Source: an uncultured Gammaproteobacteria bacterium (GTDB taxonomy: Bacteria > Patescibacteriota > Microgenomatia > UBA10105 > UBA927). From it: a stretch of DNA of 64,000 bases. The DNA lies in assembly GCA_964349125.1 (NCBI GenBank), contig CAYGFH010000001.1, forward strand, positions 69,408 through 133,407. Reading direction: 5' to 3'. The number at the start of each line of letters is the position of its first letter. Position 1 is the stretch's first letter. Under the pieces are notes generated by a model. That model saw only the letters and a program-made list of their open reading frames with translations, was not told where the DNA came from and searched no databases. Of this stretch, positions 38,956 through 48,465 are shown in pieces. Made by a program: the position numbers and the translations under genes.

Positions 38956-40926
38956 TTAGAGAGTTATTTCTGTGTCAGACAGGAGCTCAAATTTCTTTCT
39001 GTCTTTTCCGTTTAATTTCATTAACCATTCCTGCTTGTCTGTGCCCGGCTGTTTTTGGATAAGCACACGATACTTTCCGTCAGCGGGTTTCACAGGTGAT
39101 GTATAGGTCAACTCCAGCTTAGCTGCGCCAAGCGGGTTCACTATCAGGAATCCTTCAAAGACAGTTTTGCCGAGACTCTCTGATGTTTTCATAGTCTCTG
39201 ATTTTCCGTCTTTAGGTGATTGTGTTCCTTTGCTTTCCACCAGTTTACTACCGGAGGGCACATAGACGCGGACCCAGTTGCGAAGCGGCGCGTTCAGACA
39301 AAGTCCGCCACTTTCCAGCCCACAGTCACTACCCGGGTACGGATTCTTATAATCCACGGTAACTTTGGTTTTTATGGTTCCATCAGAGTTTACTGTTGTG
39401 TCCTTTGTAACTTTTTCACTCACAAACATGTTTGCTTTTCCACCGCTCATGTTAGCGTTATTGATGTGCAGGTAATCCCAACCGTTGCCTTCACTATATT
39501 TTAGTACGGCGGATGTGCTGTCCTTTGCCATGATGCGGCCGCCCAGATTGAAGCTCTCCACACCTTTTTGTGTCTGTTCATCGTGCATATAGGCCATAAT
39601 ATGTTTCTGGTTTATCTCGGCGATTAACATTTGGAAGAGACTGCCCCAATACTTCGACGGTGAAACACCCAACGCCTGCTGCAAAATGGCATGAAGAAGG
39701 ACGCCGATAATATCTTTTCTGTCTGTTCTCACGTAATTTACAGGACGTGAGGAATAATCTTCAAGTTCATACACTGCTTTTGGACAATCACACCGTTTAT
39801 CTATGGCTGCGCTAAATTCACGGCCGTACACGTAGAGTGGTCCAAGGATTCTGAGCGCTTCGACAAGCACATGGGTATCAACAGCGAATATTCCGTCTAT
39901 TCCTTTTTCGCCACTGGTTTGTGCGTATAATTCTTCAAACTTCTGCATAGACAGTTTGAAATCAGGAGATAAATTGCTGTCACGCAAATTCAAATTGTAC
40001 ACACCCTTGTGGTAGGTAAGTATTTCCTCCGGTGCTGGGAATTTTTTCTTGAGCGTCGCATCAAGAGTGTAGATATCATCCGCTTTCTCAAGAATTGCTT
40101 TTCCACGCACAAATCTAAACTGCGCGTATGCTGTCATAAATCCACCAGTAGGACGAAGCTCTTTATCGTTTTGGAATATCACGAGATATCGCTTTTCTTT
40201 TGGTTCACCCAACATAGACGGAAAGCTGGTCAACAGCGGTTGTGCGTTCACAAACAGATTTGCAGCCTCATCAATTGTCGCCTTTGCACTGACGAGCTTT
40301 GCGCGTACAACTGTATCGCCAATTTTCTCCGGATATCTGTCGGCATCAATCTGGTCTAATTCATTACGAAGCGTTTCGATACTTGTTGCCATACCGTTGA
40401 TTTTCGGAATGAGCGCGGTCATTGTTTTTACTGCGGTCTGGATACGGTCATCAGCAGTGCCAGAGACAAATTTACTCTTTCCTTTGAGCCCCAACAAGTC
40501 AGCATTCGGCTCTAACGCTTCTATGGCAAGTGTGCCTGCATCGACACCTGCAAACGCTGCGTTGATGGCATGTTCCCCATCTTTGACATAGGCTCCGATA
40601 AACGGAACAGCTTTTGCGGGATTCATTTTTTTATACTCAGTGCGAAGTGTTTCGAGTTCTTTTCGGGTAGCTGCCAGTCCTGTCTTAGTTTTATCTAAAT
40701 CCTGAGCTTTGGCTGCAGTTCCCATTTCTTTGGCAACTGTTGCGACAACTTTTGCCTGTGCAATCACAGATTTCATAGGGAGGAGCATCAGCGCAACAGC
40801 ACCGAGCAAAACTATTATGACCACCAAAGGCACAACGACGAACATCCAGGGGAATTTTTTCTTTTTCACTACCGATTTCGGCATACTCGTTGTTTGAAGT
40901 TCAATTTTCTTTAATTCGTCGACCAT
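38956..40926 (-). CDS. Large membrane-anchored extracytoplasmic protein (656 aa), possibly DUF4012-like
   Basis: Basic N-terminus and a single TM (FPWMFVVVPLVVIIVLLGAVALMLL), then a ~600-aa Lys-rich external domain. The family assignment is from memory and uncertain. Confidence 0.5.
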   Translation of the reverse strand: MVDELKKIELQTTSMPKSVVKKKKFPWMFVVVPLVVIIVLLGAVALMLLPMKSVIAQAKVVATVAKEMGTAAKAQDLDKTKTGLAATRKELETLRTEYKKMNPAKAVPFIGAYVKDGEHAINAAFAGVDAGTLAIEALEPNADLLGLKGKSKFVSGTADDRIQTAVKTMTALIPKINGMATSIETLRNELDQIDADRYPEKIGDTVVRAKLVSAKATIDEAANLFVNAQPLLTSFPSMLGEPKEKRYLVIFQNDKELRPTGGFMTAYAQFRFVRGKAILEKADDIYTLDATLKKKFPAPEEILTYHKGVYNLNLRDSNLSPDFKLSMQKFEELYAQTSGEKGIDGIFAVDTHVLVEALRILGPLYVYGREFSAAIDKRCDCPKAVYELEDYSSRPVNYVRTDRKDIIGVLLHAILQQALGVSPSKYWGSLFQMLIAEINQKHIMAYMHDEQTQKGVESFNLGGRIMAKDSTSAVLKYSEGNGWDYLHINNANMSGGKANMFVSEKVTKDTTVNSDGTIKTKVTVDYKNPYPGSDCGLESGGLCLNAPLRNWVRVYVPSGSKLVESKGTQSPKDGKSETMKTSESLGKTVFEGFLIVNPLGAAKLELTYTSPVKPADGKYRVLIQKQPGTDKQEWLMKLNGKDRKKFELLSDTEITL

Positions 40927-40984
40927 ATCTTTCTATTGTCTTGGAGAATGCAAAAAAAGTCAACACAGAAGTCACAAGTACGTA

Positions 40985-41623
40985 CTATACTGCACCTTTG
41001 CCGGAGATCATTGCCCACGGGCTTTTGAGGAGTATGAGAATCTCAAGCCACAAAGAACTCGTTCTCACATAATCCGCATCCATTTTTATACGCTTATCGA
41101 AATTCACTTCGCTTCTCCCTGATACCTGCCAATACCCGGTGATACCCGGTTTCGCTGAGAGCACAATGGTAACTAATTCTTTGGTATGGGGATATTTTTT
41201 CTGCTGATCGACTAATTCATCGGGATAATACGGGCGTGGGCCAACCAGACTCATGTCACCTTTTAAGACATTTAAAAATTGGGGAATTTCATCGATTGAG
41301 TGTTTTCGTATAAATCTGCCCACAGGTGTCACACGGGGATCTTTTACCAGCTTATAACTGTTCTTTTTATACTCGCCATACAGTTTTGCCAGCTGAGGAT
41401 CCTTGCGCAATTTTTCATGGGCGTTAATCACCATGGATCTGAATTTATAGAGCTTAAACAGTTTCCCGTCCTTACCGACACGCTGTGGAGTATCCGCAAA
41501 AATTGGTCCGGGGCTGTCCAGCCAAATACAAATGGCGGTAACAACACAGATGGGCAGAAAAAATATACCTAGGACGAGACTCCCAACTATATCTATCAAC
41601 CGTTTTATAATTGTATACGCCAT
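40985..41623 (-). CDS. Initiating polyprenyl-phosphate phosphoglycosyltransferase (bacterial sugar transferase, PglC/WbaP C-terminal type)
   Basis: 212 aa with an N-terminal re-entrant helix and the KLYKFRSM, DEIPQ and SLVGPRP motifs of the Bac_transf family. Confidence 0.88.
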   Translation of the reverse strand: MAYTIIKRLIDIVGSLVLGIFFLPICVVTAICIWLDSPGPIFADTPQRVGKDGKLFKLYKFRSMVINAHEKLRKDPQLAKLYGEYKKNSYKLVKDPRVTPVGRFIRKHSIDEIPQFLNVLKGDMSLVGPRPYYPDELVDQQKKYPHTKELVTIVLSAKPGITGYWQVSGRSEVNFDKRIKMDADYVRTSSLWLEILILLKSPWAMISGKGAV

Positions 41624-41629
41624 AAATCC

Positions 41630-42712
41630 CTAGGTGAGATGATCGTGTTCAGTACCCGAAAGATTTTCCACCAACGTTTTAATCTTTGCCACCGAACTTT
41701 TCTTACACACCAACAACACATCATTTGTGTTTACAACAAGCATATCGTCAAGATCGATAGTCGCGATAAGTTTATCAGTGTAATTATACACAAGTGAATC
41801 ATTGGTATCCTGTAGCATGACTTTTCCCAATGTAACATTTTTGTCATCCGATTCTTGCAACGCTTCTTTCAACGCTTCCCAAGCGCCAATGTCACTCCAC
41901 TCAATATTTTCAGAAACCACGAGAGCATCGGATGGATTCAGTTTTTCCAGTATGGCATTATCAAAATGGATTTTTTCAAGTGTCGGATATATTTCATCAA
42001 GTTTCTCATAGAACTTCGAGGTATGAAATTCATTTACTATTCTCGAAAGCCCCTGATACAAATTTGGTGCGAATTTTTTGTATTGTTCCCACAAAAATGT
42101 TGGAGTAGTCACAAAATATCCCACATTCCAAGCATGATGGCCACTTTCAAAATACCGTTTTGCCGTTTTTTTATCAGGCTTATACTGAAAGTCTATAAAT
42201 GAATAAAATGGTATATTATTTAGTGTTGTGGTCTGTTTGCCATACTCAATCCAACCCAGGTTGTCACTCGCAAATCGGGGTTTTTGTGAGACAAAAATAA
42301 TTTTATTTGGATTATTTTTAATCACTTCACCAGCTGACAAAAGAATAGATTTAAATAACGTTTCATTCTTTACCAAATGATCACTCCACAGGATAACCAT
42401 TGGTTCAAGAGGTGCCACTTTTGTGAGTATTCCAGCCATAAGCCCGACAGCGGGACCCACATCCCGCATTTCAGGTTCACCGATAACATGGTCAGGAGGA
42501 AGTTTATGAAGTTGGTTTTGTACAAGTTGTACGTGACTTTTTCCTGTAGCCACGTAGATATCCGACCAGGTAAAGTCAGGCTGAATTCTCCCTATAGCCA
42601 ACTGGAGTGTTGATTTATCTCCTACAATTTTCTCAAACTGTTTTGGAGATTTCTTACGTGATAATGGCCAAAGTCTTGTCCCTACACCACCTGCAAATAT
42701 TACTGCTTTCAT
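41630..42712 (-). CDS. Sugar-1-phosphate nucleotidyltransferase (mannose-1-phosphate guanylyltransferase-like)
   Basis: MKAVIFAGGVGTRLWPLSR NTP-transferase motif. 360 aa. Confidence 0.8.
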   Translation of the reverse strand: MKAVIFAGGVGTRLWPLSRKKSPKQFEKIVGDKSTLQLAIGRIQPDFTWSDIYVATGKSHVQLVQNQLHKLPPDHVIGEPEMRDVGPAVGLMAGILTKVAPLEPMVILWSDHLVKNETLFKSILLSAGEVIKNNPNKIIFVSQKPRFASDNLGWIEYGKQTTTLNNIPFYSFIDFQYKPDKKTAKRYFESGHHAWNVGYFVTTPTFLWEQYKKFAPNLYQGLSRIVNEFHTSKFYEKLDEIYPTLEKIHFDNAILEKLNPSDALVVSENIEWSDIGAWEALKEALQESDDKNVTLGKVMLQDTNDSLVYNYTDKLIATIDLDDMLVVNTNDVLLVCKKSSVAKIKTLVENLSGTEHDHLT

Positions 42713-43836
42713 ATATGTGTATTATATATCGTTTCCAGTGTATTTTTCATTTCACTCTTAAATCGTCGTAATGAAAACCGTTCGGCATTACGTCTGCACA
42801 GGGTACTATCATACCACTGCTTCTGAAATGTATTCAATGCGGCAACCAAACTGTCGGTTGTTTGTTCGTCATATAATACACCTGTTACTCCGTCCCGAAT
42901 AATTTCCGATACACCGCTGTTTCTATAGGCGATAACCGGTTTACCGCATGACTGAGCCTCAACCACTGATATACCAAAATCCTCGTCTCCGGCAAAAATA
43001 AACGCTCGGCACCCCTGTAACCAGGTCCTCAACTCTTCATCTGTCACCGCGTCAATAAACTGAACTGTTTTGCCTGCTTGCTGTATCAGATATTTTTTTT
43101 CAGCTCCGTTTCCGATCACAACGAGAGGAAGTTGAAGTCGGTTACATGCCGCAATAACCTGATCAACTTTTTTGTACGCGACCAATCGGGATACGATGAG
43201 GAAATACCCTGTATGTGATTGGCTCTTTTTTTGGTCTACTGTAAAAAAATCAACGTTAACCGGAGGATATATGACTTTTTCGACGGTTCGTCCATAGTAT
43301 GTGTGTATACGCTGTTTTACCCTGTCGGATATGGCTAGATAGTAATCAGGACGGGTTGATGCCGTCAAATCCCAGGATCGAAGATACTTTTGTGCAACTG
43401 ACAATACCGGTTTCACCAACCATGTCGGCAACCCAATATGGGAGTGACTCATATATTCATGTGCTCCGCTCCATAGATATCGTGTCGGTGTCAGGCAGTA
43501 ACAAATGTGAACGGTACCCGGTTTTGTAATAATATTTTTCGCTTCAGCTGAAGTAACGGATATCACGATATCAAACTCATCAAACGAAAAGCTCTCAAAT
43601 GCCATAGGCGTCGCCCAGGCGAACCATTCATGATGATGACGGGCAATCGGCAACGATTGTAAAAATGTGGTGTGAACTGTGAATACATCTGCCCAGGAAG
43701 CAGTTTTTCTGTTATATACAGCTGTGTATATCGGAGCCGTTGGCCAGATTTCATGAAGTGATTGGAGAACCCGTTCAGCACCACCTATTTTGTTTATCCT
43801 ATCGTACACGAGTGCTACTTTTGGTATCTTTTTCAT
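42709..43836 (-). CDS. GT4-family glycosyltransferase
   Basis: C-terminal EDFGISVVEAQSCGKPVIA (the E-x7-E region). The likely start is Met17 (MKKIPKVALVY), overlapping the upstream stop. Confidence 0.85.
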   Translation of the reverse strand: MKKIPKVALVYDRINKIGGAERVLQSLHEIWPTAPIYTAVYNRKTASWADVFTVHTTFLQSLPIARHHHEWFAWATPMAFESFSFDEFDIVISVTSAEAKNIITKPGTVHICYCLTPTRYLWSGAHEYMSHSHIGLPTWLVKPVLSVAQKYLRSWDLTASTRPDYYLAISDRVKQRIHTYYGRTVEKVIYPPVNVDFFTVDQKKSQSHTGYFLIVSRLVAYKKVDQVIAACNRLQLPLVVIGNGAEKKYLIQQAGKTVQFIDAVTDEELRTWLQGCRAFIFAGDEDFGISVVEAQSCGKPVIAYRNSGVSEIIRDGVTGVLYDEQTTDSLVAALNTFQKQWYDSTLCRRNAERFSLRRFKSEMKNTLETIYNTHI

Positions 43837-44945
43837 GCGCATGATTGGTAAATCTGTAGGGTCAATCTCGCCATGTTGTCCCAACTGAACTTCCGCAGAA
43901 ATGAGACTGGCGGTTTTTTTTCCAAACCATTATGGACTGTCCCATGAAGCACTTCGTTCATTGTGCGTGATAGTGCTTCCGGTTTGGTTGTATCGGTAAA
44001 ATAAGCATAGGTACCAAGTATTTCATGAAACACGGGTATATCAGACGCTATAACGGGACAACCATAGGATAACGCCTCAAGCGCCGGTAAACCAAAGCCT
44101 TCCATGCGTGAAGGAAAAATCAGCGCTTCCGCATGGCGGTATAATACTCCGAGCTCCTCATCAGATACCGCGTGTCGTATTTGCACACTATCGTTCATAG
44201 AAAGAGATGTTATGAGCACTCCGAGACGGGAATAAAAATAATCCTTGGGTCCCACAAACAGCAATGTAATTCCCGAGGCGTGCTTAGTACTCAGTAACCT
44301 GAATGCCTCAAGGAGCACCTCGACATTTTTGTGTGGATATACATTTCCAACGTATAGGAAGTACTTCGTATTAACCGGCCGTGTTGTCTTATCAGATTTG
44401 CCCAACTGTAAAAATGAGTCGTCAATTCCTTCGTATGTGACTGCGACCCTATGTTCGGTTATTCGGAAATGAGACAGTATATCTTTCTTTACCGTGTAAG
44501 AGACCGTGATTACTTTCGCCGCGCGATGTATCGCGGTCCACAGTATCAGCAGATAGCCGATTTTTCTGAGGATGTATTTCCAGTATGGCAATGTGCTGGC
44601 TTTCCCCGTATGTACATGCAGTATTGTCAGATCATGTATAGTGGTGACGAACTTTCCCGGATAAAATATTGGGACATTGAAATATGGGATATGTACCATA
44701 TCGGCGTGCTCTTTCCACAGTATCCACGGCATAATGATCTGCTCCGATATGGTGTGCCAGTGCACAGTGGTTTTCCGTTTTTCCCACCGTGAGTTTGGCA
44801 ATTTGAACTCGTCATAATCACGTGCCATCAGGATGACGATATACCGATTGTGTGAATCGATACTTGAGAGATTAGCGATTAAGTTTCGAATATACCGCCC
44901 CACTCCGGTCTCGTGGATTAACCGTGCATCGATGACAATATTCAT
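43833..44945 (-). CDS. GT4-family glycosyltransferase
   Basis: EGFGLPALEALSYGCPVIASD motif and a GT-B fold N-terminal domain. 370 aa. Confidence 0.85.
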   Translation of the reverse strand: MNIVIDARLIHETGVGRYIRNLIANLSSIDSHNRYIVILMARDYDEFKLPNSRWEKRKTTVHWHTISEQIIMPWILWKEHADMVHIPYFNVPIFYPGKFVTTIHDLTILHVHTGKASTLPYWKYILRKIGYLLILWTAIHRAAKVITVSYTVKKDILSHFRITEHRVAVTYEGIDDSFLQLGKSDKTTRPVNTKYFLYVGNVYPHKNVEVLLEAFRLLSTKHASGITLLFVGPKDYFYSRLGVLITSLSMNDSVQIRHAVSDEELGVLYRHAEALIFPSRMEGFGLPALEALSYGCPVIASDIPVFHEILGTYAYFTDTTKPEALSRTMNEVLHGTVHNGLEKKPPVSFLRKFSWDNMARLTLQIYQSCA

Positions 44946-44949
44946 AAGG

Positions 44950-45834
44950 TTATCTTGAAAATGTTTTTAGTATAAACAGTCTGGTGGAGTACACCAGTGA
45001 CACCAATGCGGTCATCAAAACACCATATTTTTTGGCATAATGTTTTTTGTAGAAGAGCCAATTATAGGTATGGAAATATATTTCTGTTGTCACTCTTCGT
45101 TTTTTCAGGATGTTCGCACGGCCGCTTTGTTTTTTCTTATGCAGTATTGTTACATCAGGTACATACCAGATATTCCAACCTGCTTTTCGTATTCTGTATG
45201 CCCAATCGATATCCTCGGCATACATAAAATACTCCTCATCAAGCAGTCCGACTTCTTGTATCACTTCCTGTCTCACAATGAAAAATGCGCCGCTAATGCA
45301 GTCTACCGTATGGGCAACCGTGAGATCTTTATATCCCTGGTGATACTCCCCAAACACAGGGCTTCGGGGAAACAGGCGCTCAAGCTTTGCCATATAGGTA
45401 AATGCCACCCATGGAGTCGGGAACCCTCGGTGACACGCGGGATCCATCGATCCGTCACCGAGTAACAACTTACACGTTGCGGCTCCCGCATCAGGATGGT
45501 CGTCCATAAAACGGACCATTGTAGCGATGGCGTGAGGTGATACTTCTGTATCCGAATTTAACAGTAATACATACCTGCCCTTTGCCCGTTTTATACCTGG
45601 ATTATTGCCGGCAGCAAACCCTACATTTGCTCCATTTTGTATGAATGTCACTGTCGGGAATTCACGCTTTACCATCTCGTCTGTCCCGTCCACAGACGCG
45701 TTATCACACACAATTACTTCCATGGAGTATCCGGACAAATTCGATTTCATCAGACTCTGCAGACACAGTCTGGTCAATTCCACAGTGTTGTAATTCAAAA
45801 TGATGACGCTGATATCAATTTTCTTTTGTTTCAT
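44950..45834 (-). CDS. GT2-family glycosyltransferase
   Basis: ISVIILNYNT, DNASVDGT (DxD region) and the GT-A fold. The likely start is Met16 (MKQKKIDIS). Confidence 0.85.
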   Translation of the reverse strand: MKQKKIDISVIILNYNTVELTRLCLQSLMKSNLSGYSMEVIVCDNASVDGTDEMVKREFPTVTFIQNGANVGFAAGNNPGIKRAKGRYVLLLNSDTEVSPHAIATMVRFMDDHPDAGAATCKLLLGDGSMDPACHRGFPTPWVAFTYMAKLERLFPRSPVFGEYHQGYKDLTVAHTVDCISGAFFIVRQEVIQEVGLLDEEYFMYAEDIDWAYRIRKAGWNIWYVPDVTILHKKKQSGRANILKKRRVTTEIYFHTYNWLFYKKHYAKKYGVLMTALVSLVYSTRLFILKTFSR

Positions 45835-47003
45835 ACGGATTTCCAACACGCATCCTGAAGTGACGCTATGGTCTCCCAAGAGTACTTTGATTCTATAAGA
45901 GAACGAGCCGTTAGTACAAGTTTTTTCCTGATAGTCTCTGACAATACACCATTTATACAGCGCTGCACTTCTTCAGGTGAGTTCGCTATATATACTTCCT
46001 TTTTATCAGATACGCCAAGTCCTGACGCACCAAGTGTCGATGTGATTACGGGTAAGCCGGTTGCCATGGCTTCCAAAACTTTATATCTCGTTCCCCCGCC
46101 AATCCGGACCGGTGCCAATAGGGCATCAGCATCGTGATACGCGTTTCGAATATCCTCAACCTGGTCTATGATTCGCACAGAATCAGTGGATAGTCCACGG
46201 AGTTTTTCAGGGAAGTGTCTGCCGATAATCGTGAATGTGGCTCCGGGAAATTTGCTCTGCAGTGGTGGCCAGATATCCCTAAGAATATGCTCTATAGCAT
46301 CCGTATTTTGAATCCAGGAAAAATTCCCTACATAGAGAAATTTGAGATTTTTTGCATCTGGTTTTTTCTTTGGTGTCAAACGAAAATACTCGGTGTCCAC
46401 ACCGTTTGATACCACCGCAACTTTTTTTTGTACGCTGTGCGTTTCTATATACTTTTTATCATCATCAGAGACTGTTATCACACAATGTGCACGGTCCCAA
46501 ATTTGCATTTGCCATTTTTTCATCTTTTTGACATCAAGCTGGAAAAATGGCCTGGCAAAACTGATAACCCGTCGTTTGGTGTACCCCTCGTACACCGTGT
46601 GCTCAATATTATGCTCAGAGACAACCAGCGGGATGGAAAGATCTGCAGGAAGTGATGGGAATACATACCCGGGTTCAATGTGGACCAAATCAAATTGTGA
46701 CATATCATCTGAAAGCAGGGTTCGTAGCACCTCATTTTGATACGTCGCGTACAAAAATGGCATTGAACCAAAGATAGACCGTGCTAGGTACGAAAGTTGC
46801 CATGCACGTCCGCGGTATATTGGAACCACCCGTTTACAAAAACTCAAGTTTTGCAGAAATGCTTTTTCACCATCATTCCTGATAAAGGCATATAGAGTAA
46901 TTGAGTGGAGCTTAGATAACCGCTTCAATAAATTATACACACGTACCTGACCACCGGAATGAAGTGGATACGGCATAATTGCGCTCACAAAAGCTATATT
47001 CAT
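45831..47003 (-). CDS. GT4-family glycosyltransferase
   Basis: LEAMATGLPVITSTLG motif. 390 aa. Confidence 0.85.
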   Translation of the reverse strand: MNIAFVSAIMPYPLHSGGQVRVYNLLKRLSKLHSITLYAFIRNDGEKAFLQNLSFCKRVVPIYRGRAWQLSYLARSIFGSMPFLYATYQNEVLRTLLSDDMSQFDLVHIEPGYVFPSLPADLSIPLVVSEHNIEHTVYEGYTKRRVISFARPFFQLDVKKMKKWQMQIWDRAHCVITVSDDDKKYIETHSVQKKVAVVSNGVDTEYFRLTPKKKPDAKNLKFLYVGNFSWIQNTDAIEHILRDIWPPLQSKFPGATFTIIGRHFPEKLRGLSTDSVRIIDQVEDIRNAYHDADALLAPVRIGGGTRYKVLEAMATGLPVITSTLGASGLGVSDKKEVYIANSPEEVQRCINGVLSETIRKKLVLTARSLIESKYSWETIASLQDACWKSV

Positions 47004-47007
47004 AGGA

Positions 47008-48465
47008 TTATTTTATGACAGTTTTGACAGAAGGATTTACCTTGGTTAAGTCAATGATCGCGTATGTGTCATTTCTCACAAGGACAGTATACATACTAGC
47101 CAAATCACGTGTTTCGAGATCAGCATCAGTCGGTGACACAGTGACATAATGCGTGGCGCCCATGGAAATTTTTTTATCTATATCAAACCCGAGCGGCCAT
47201 CCCTGACGATTCGCCTGATACAGAAACGTGGTATCCCCATTATAGGGCGCTATAATTTTCGCATTTTTGGGCAGTATTTCATCTGCTTTCTTTCCCGCTT
47301 CGATAATTTCCGGACGATTGATCCAAAAATATGAACGGATCGAGTACCAGGAAAACGCCCACATGAAGCCAATCGTGACTGTCACCAGTGCCATGGATCC
47401 AAATTTAGAAATATCTTTTTGAGCGGTAAGCAAATACCCTGCCCCTTTGGCAAGAAACCATATGGTTATCGGGAGTAATAATGCCTGATAATAATCATGC
47501 TGTACATTCCCTCCGGCAAATATAACCAGATACAGTAACCCACCTAAAAACCACAGTGCCGAAAACATGCGTTCGCGTTTCGTATTTTTCACTACCATAC
47601 CCATTCCGAATAGAATTAACCCCCAATACCCGAGTATTAACTCTCCGAAGCGTTTGGCAAAAAGCCAGTAGAACCACGCACCCTTGAAACGGATATTTGC
47701 TTTGTTATACAACCAGTCTGATACGGCGATGCCTTCTGGGAATTGAAGAATCCACTGCCGCCAATAATATAAAGGAATACACACAAGTAATCCATACACC
47801 AGAAATGAAATACTTTTCTCTTTTACAGAACCCAACCTTCCGAGGAGATAGACAGCAGGTACCAGCAAAAATACAGCCATTGGACGAACCAACACACTTA
47901 CGCCACCAGATACCCCGGCCAACACTACCCATAGCAGCCACACGCGGGATGATGTGGCGCGCGCGAGGAAAACCAGACTGGATAGAGCCCAAAATACGGC
48001 AAATGAATCCGGTAATATCGAGCGCCCGTAAAATATACTAAACGGCAGTATTGCGTAGAGAAACATTCCGATCATTGCAGTCTTTTCATCAATAAATTCA
48101 CGAAGTAACAAGCCCAGAAGCAGTATGCTGAGCGCCACAGACAGCACACTCAAAAGTCGGAGGATGGATTCGATCGACATATGTGGGAATATACGCCATA
48201 CGAATACCGCGGTAGCCTGGTACAGAGGCATTTCAACCATCCGCCACCCCTGGGGGTTATCTTTTCCTGATTGGATGTTTGAGAGATCGTCATAGCGGGG
48301 ATGAAGTATGTCAATTCCCAATCGTATAAAATTACGTGCCACTGCTGCCGTATCCGCCTGGCGCCAACTATGCCAGTCTGCAACCGGGGCATTCAGTCCC
48401 TGCAATCGCACTACTACGGAAATGACCATACACAGAATGGCAATTGGAAAGAATACCCGCTTCAC
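47008..48465 (-). CDS. GT-C-fold membrane glycosyltransferase (PMT/ArnT-like, GT39/GT83 type)
   Basis: 485 aa with ~11 TM. N-terminal region WHSWRQADTAAVARNF...GWRMVEMPLYQA resembles PMT_2/ArnT family proteins, which use polyprenyl-phosphate sugars. Confidence 0.65.
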   Translation of the reverse strand: MKRVFFPIAILCMVISVVVRLQGLNAPVADWHSWRQADTAAVARNFIRLGIDILHPRYDDLSNIQSGKDNPQGWRMVEMPLYQATAVFVWRIFPHMSIESILRLLSVLSVALSILLLGLLLREFIDEKTAMIGMFLYAILPFSIFYGRSILPDSFAVFWALSSLVFLARATSSRVWLLWVVLAGVSGGVSVLVRPMAVFLLVPAVYLLGRLGSVKEKSISFLVYGLLVCIPLYYWRQWILQFPEGIAVSDWLYNKANIRFKGAWFYWLFAKRFGELILGYWGLILFGMGMVVKNTKRERMFSALWFLGGLLYLVIFAGGNVQHDYYQALLLPITIWFLAKGAGYLLTAQKDISKFGSMALVTVTIGFMWAFSWYSIRSYFWINRPEIIEAGKKADEILPKNAKIIAPYNGDTTFLYQANRQGWPLGFDIDKKISMGATHYVTVSPTDADLETRDLASMYTVLVRNDTYAIIDLTKVNPSVKTVIK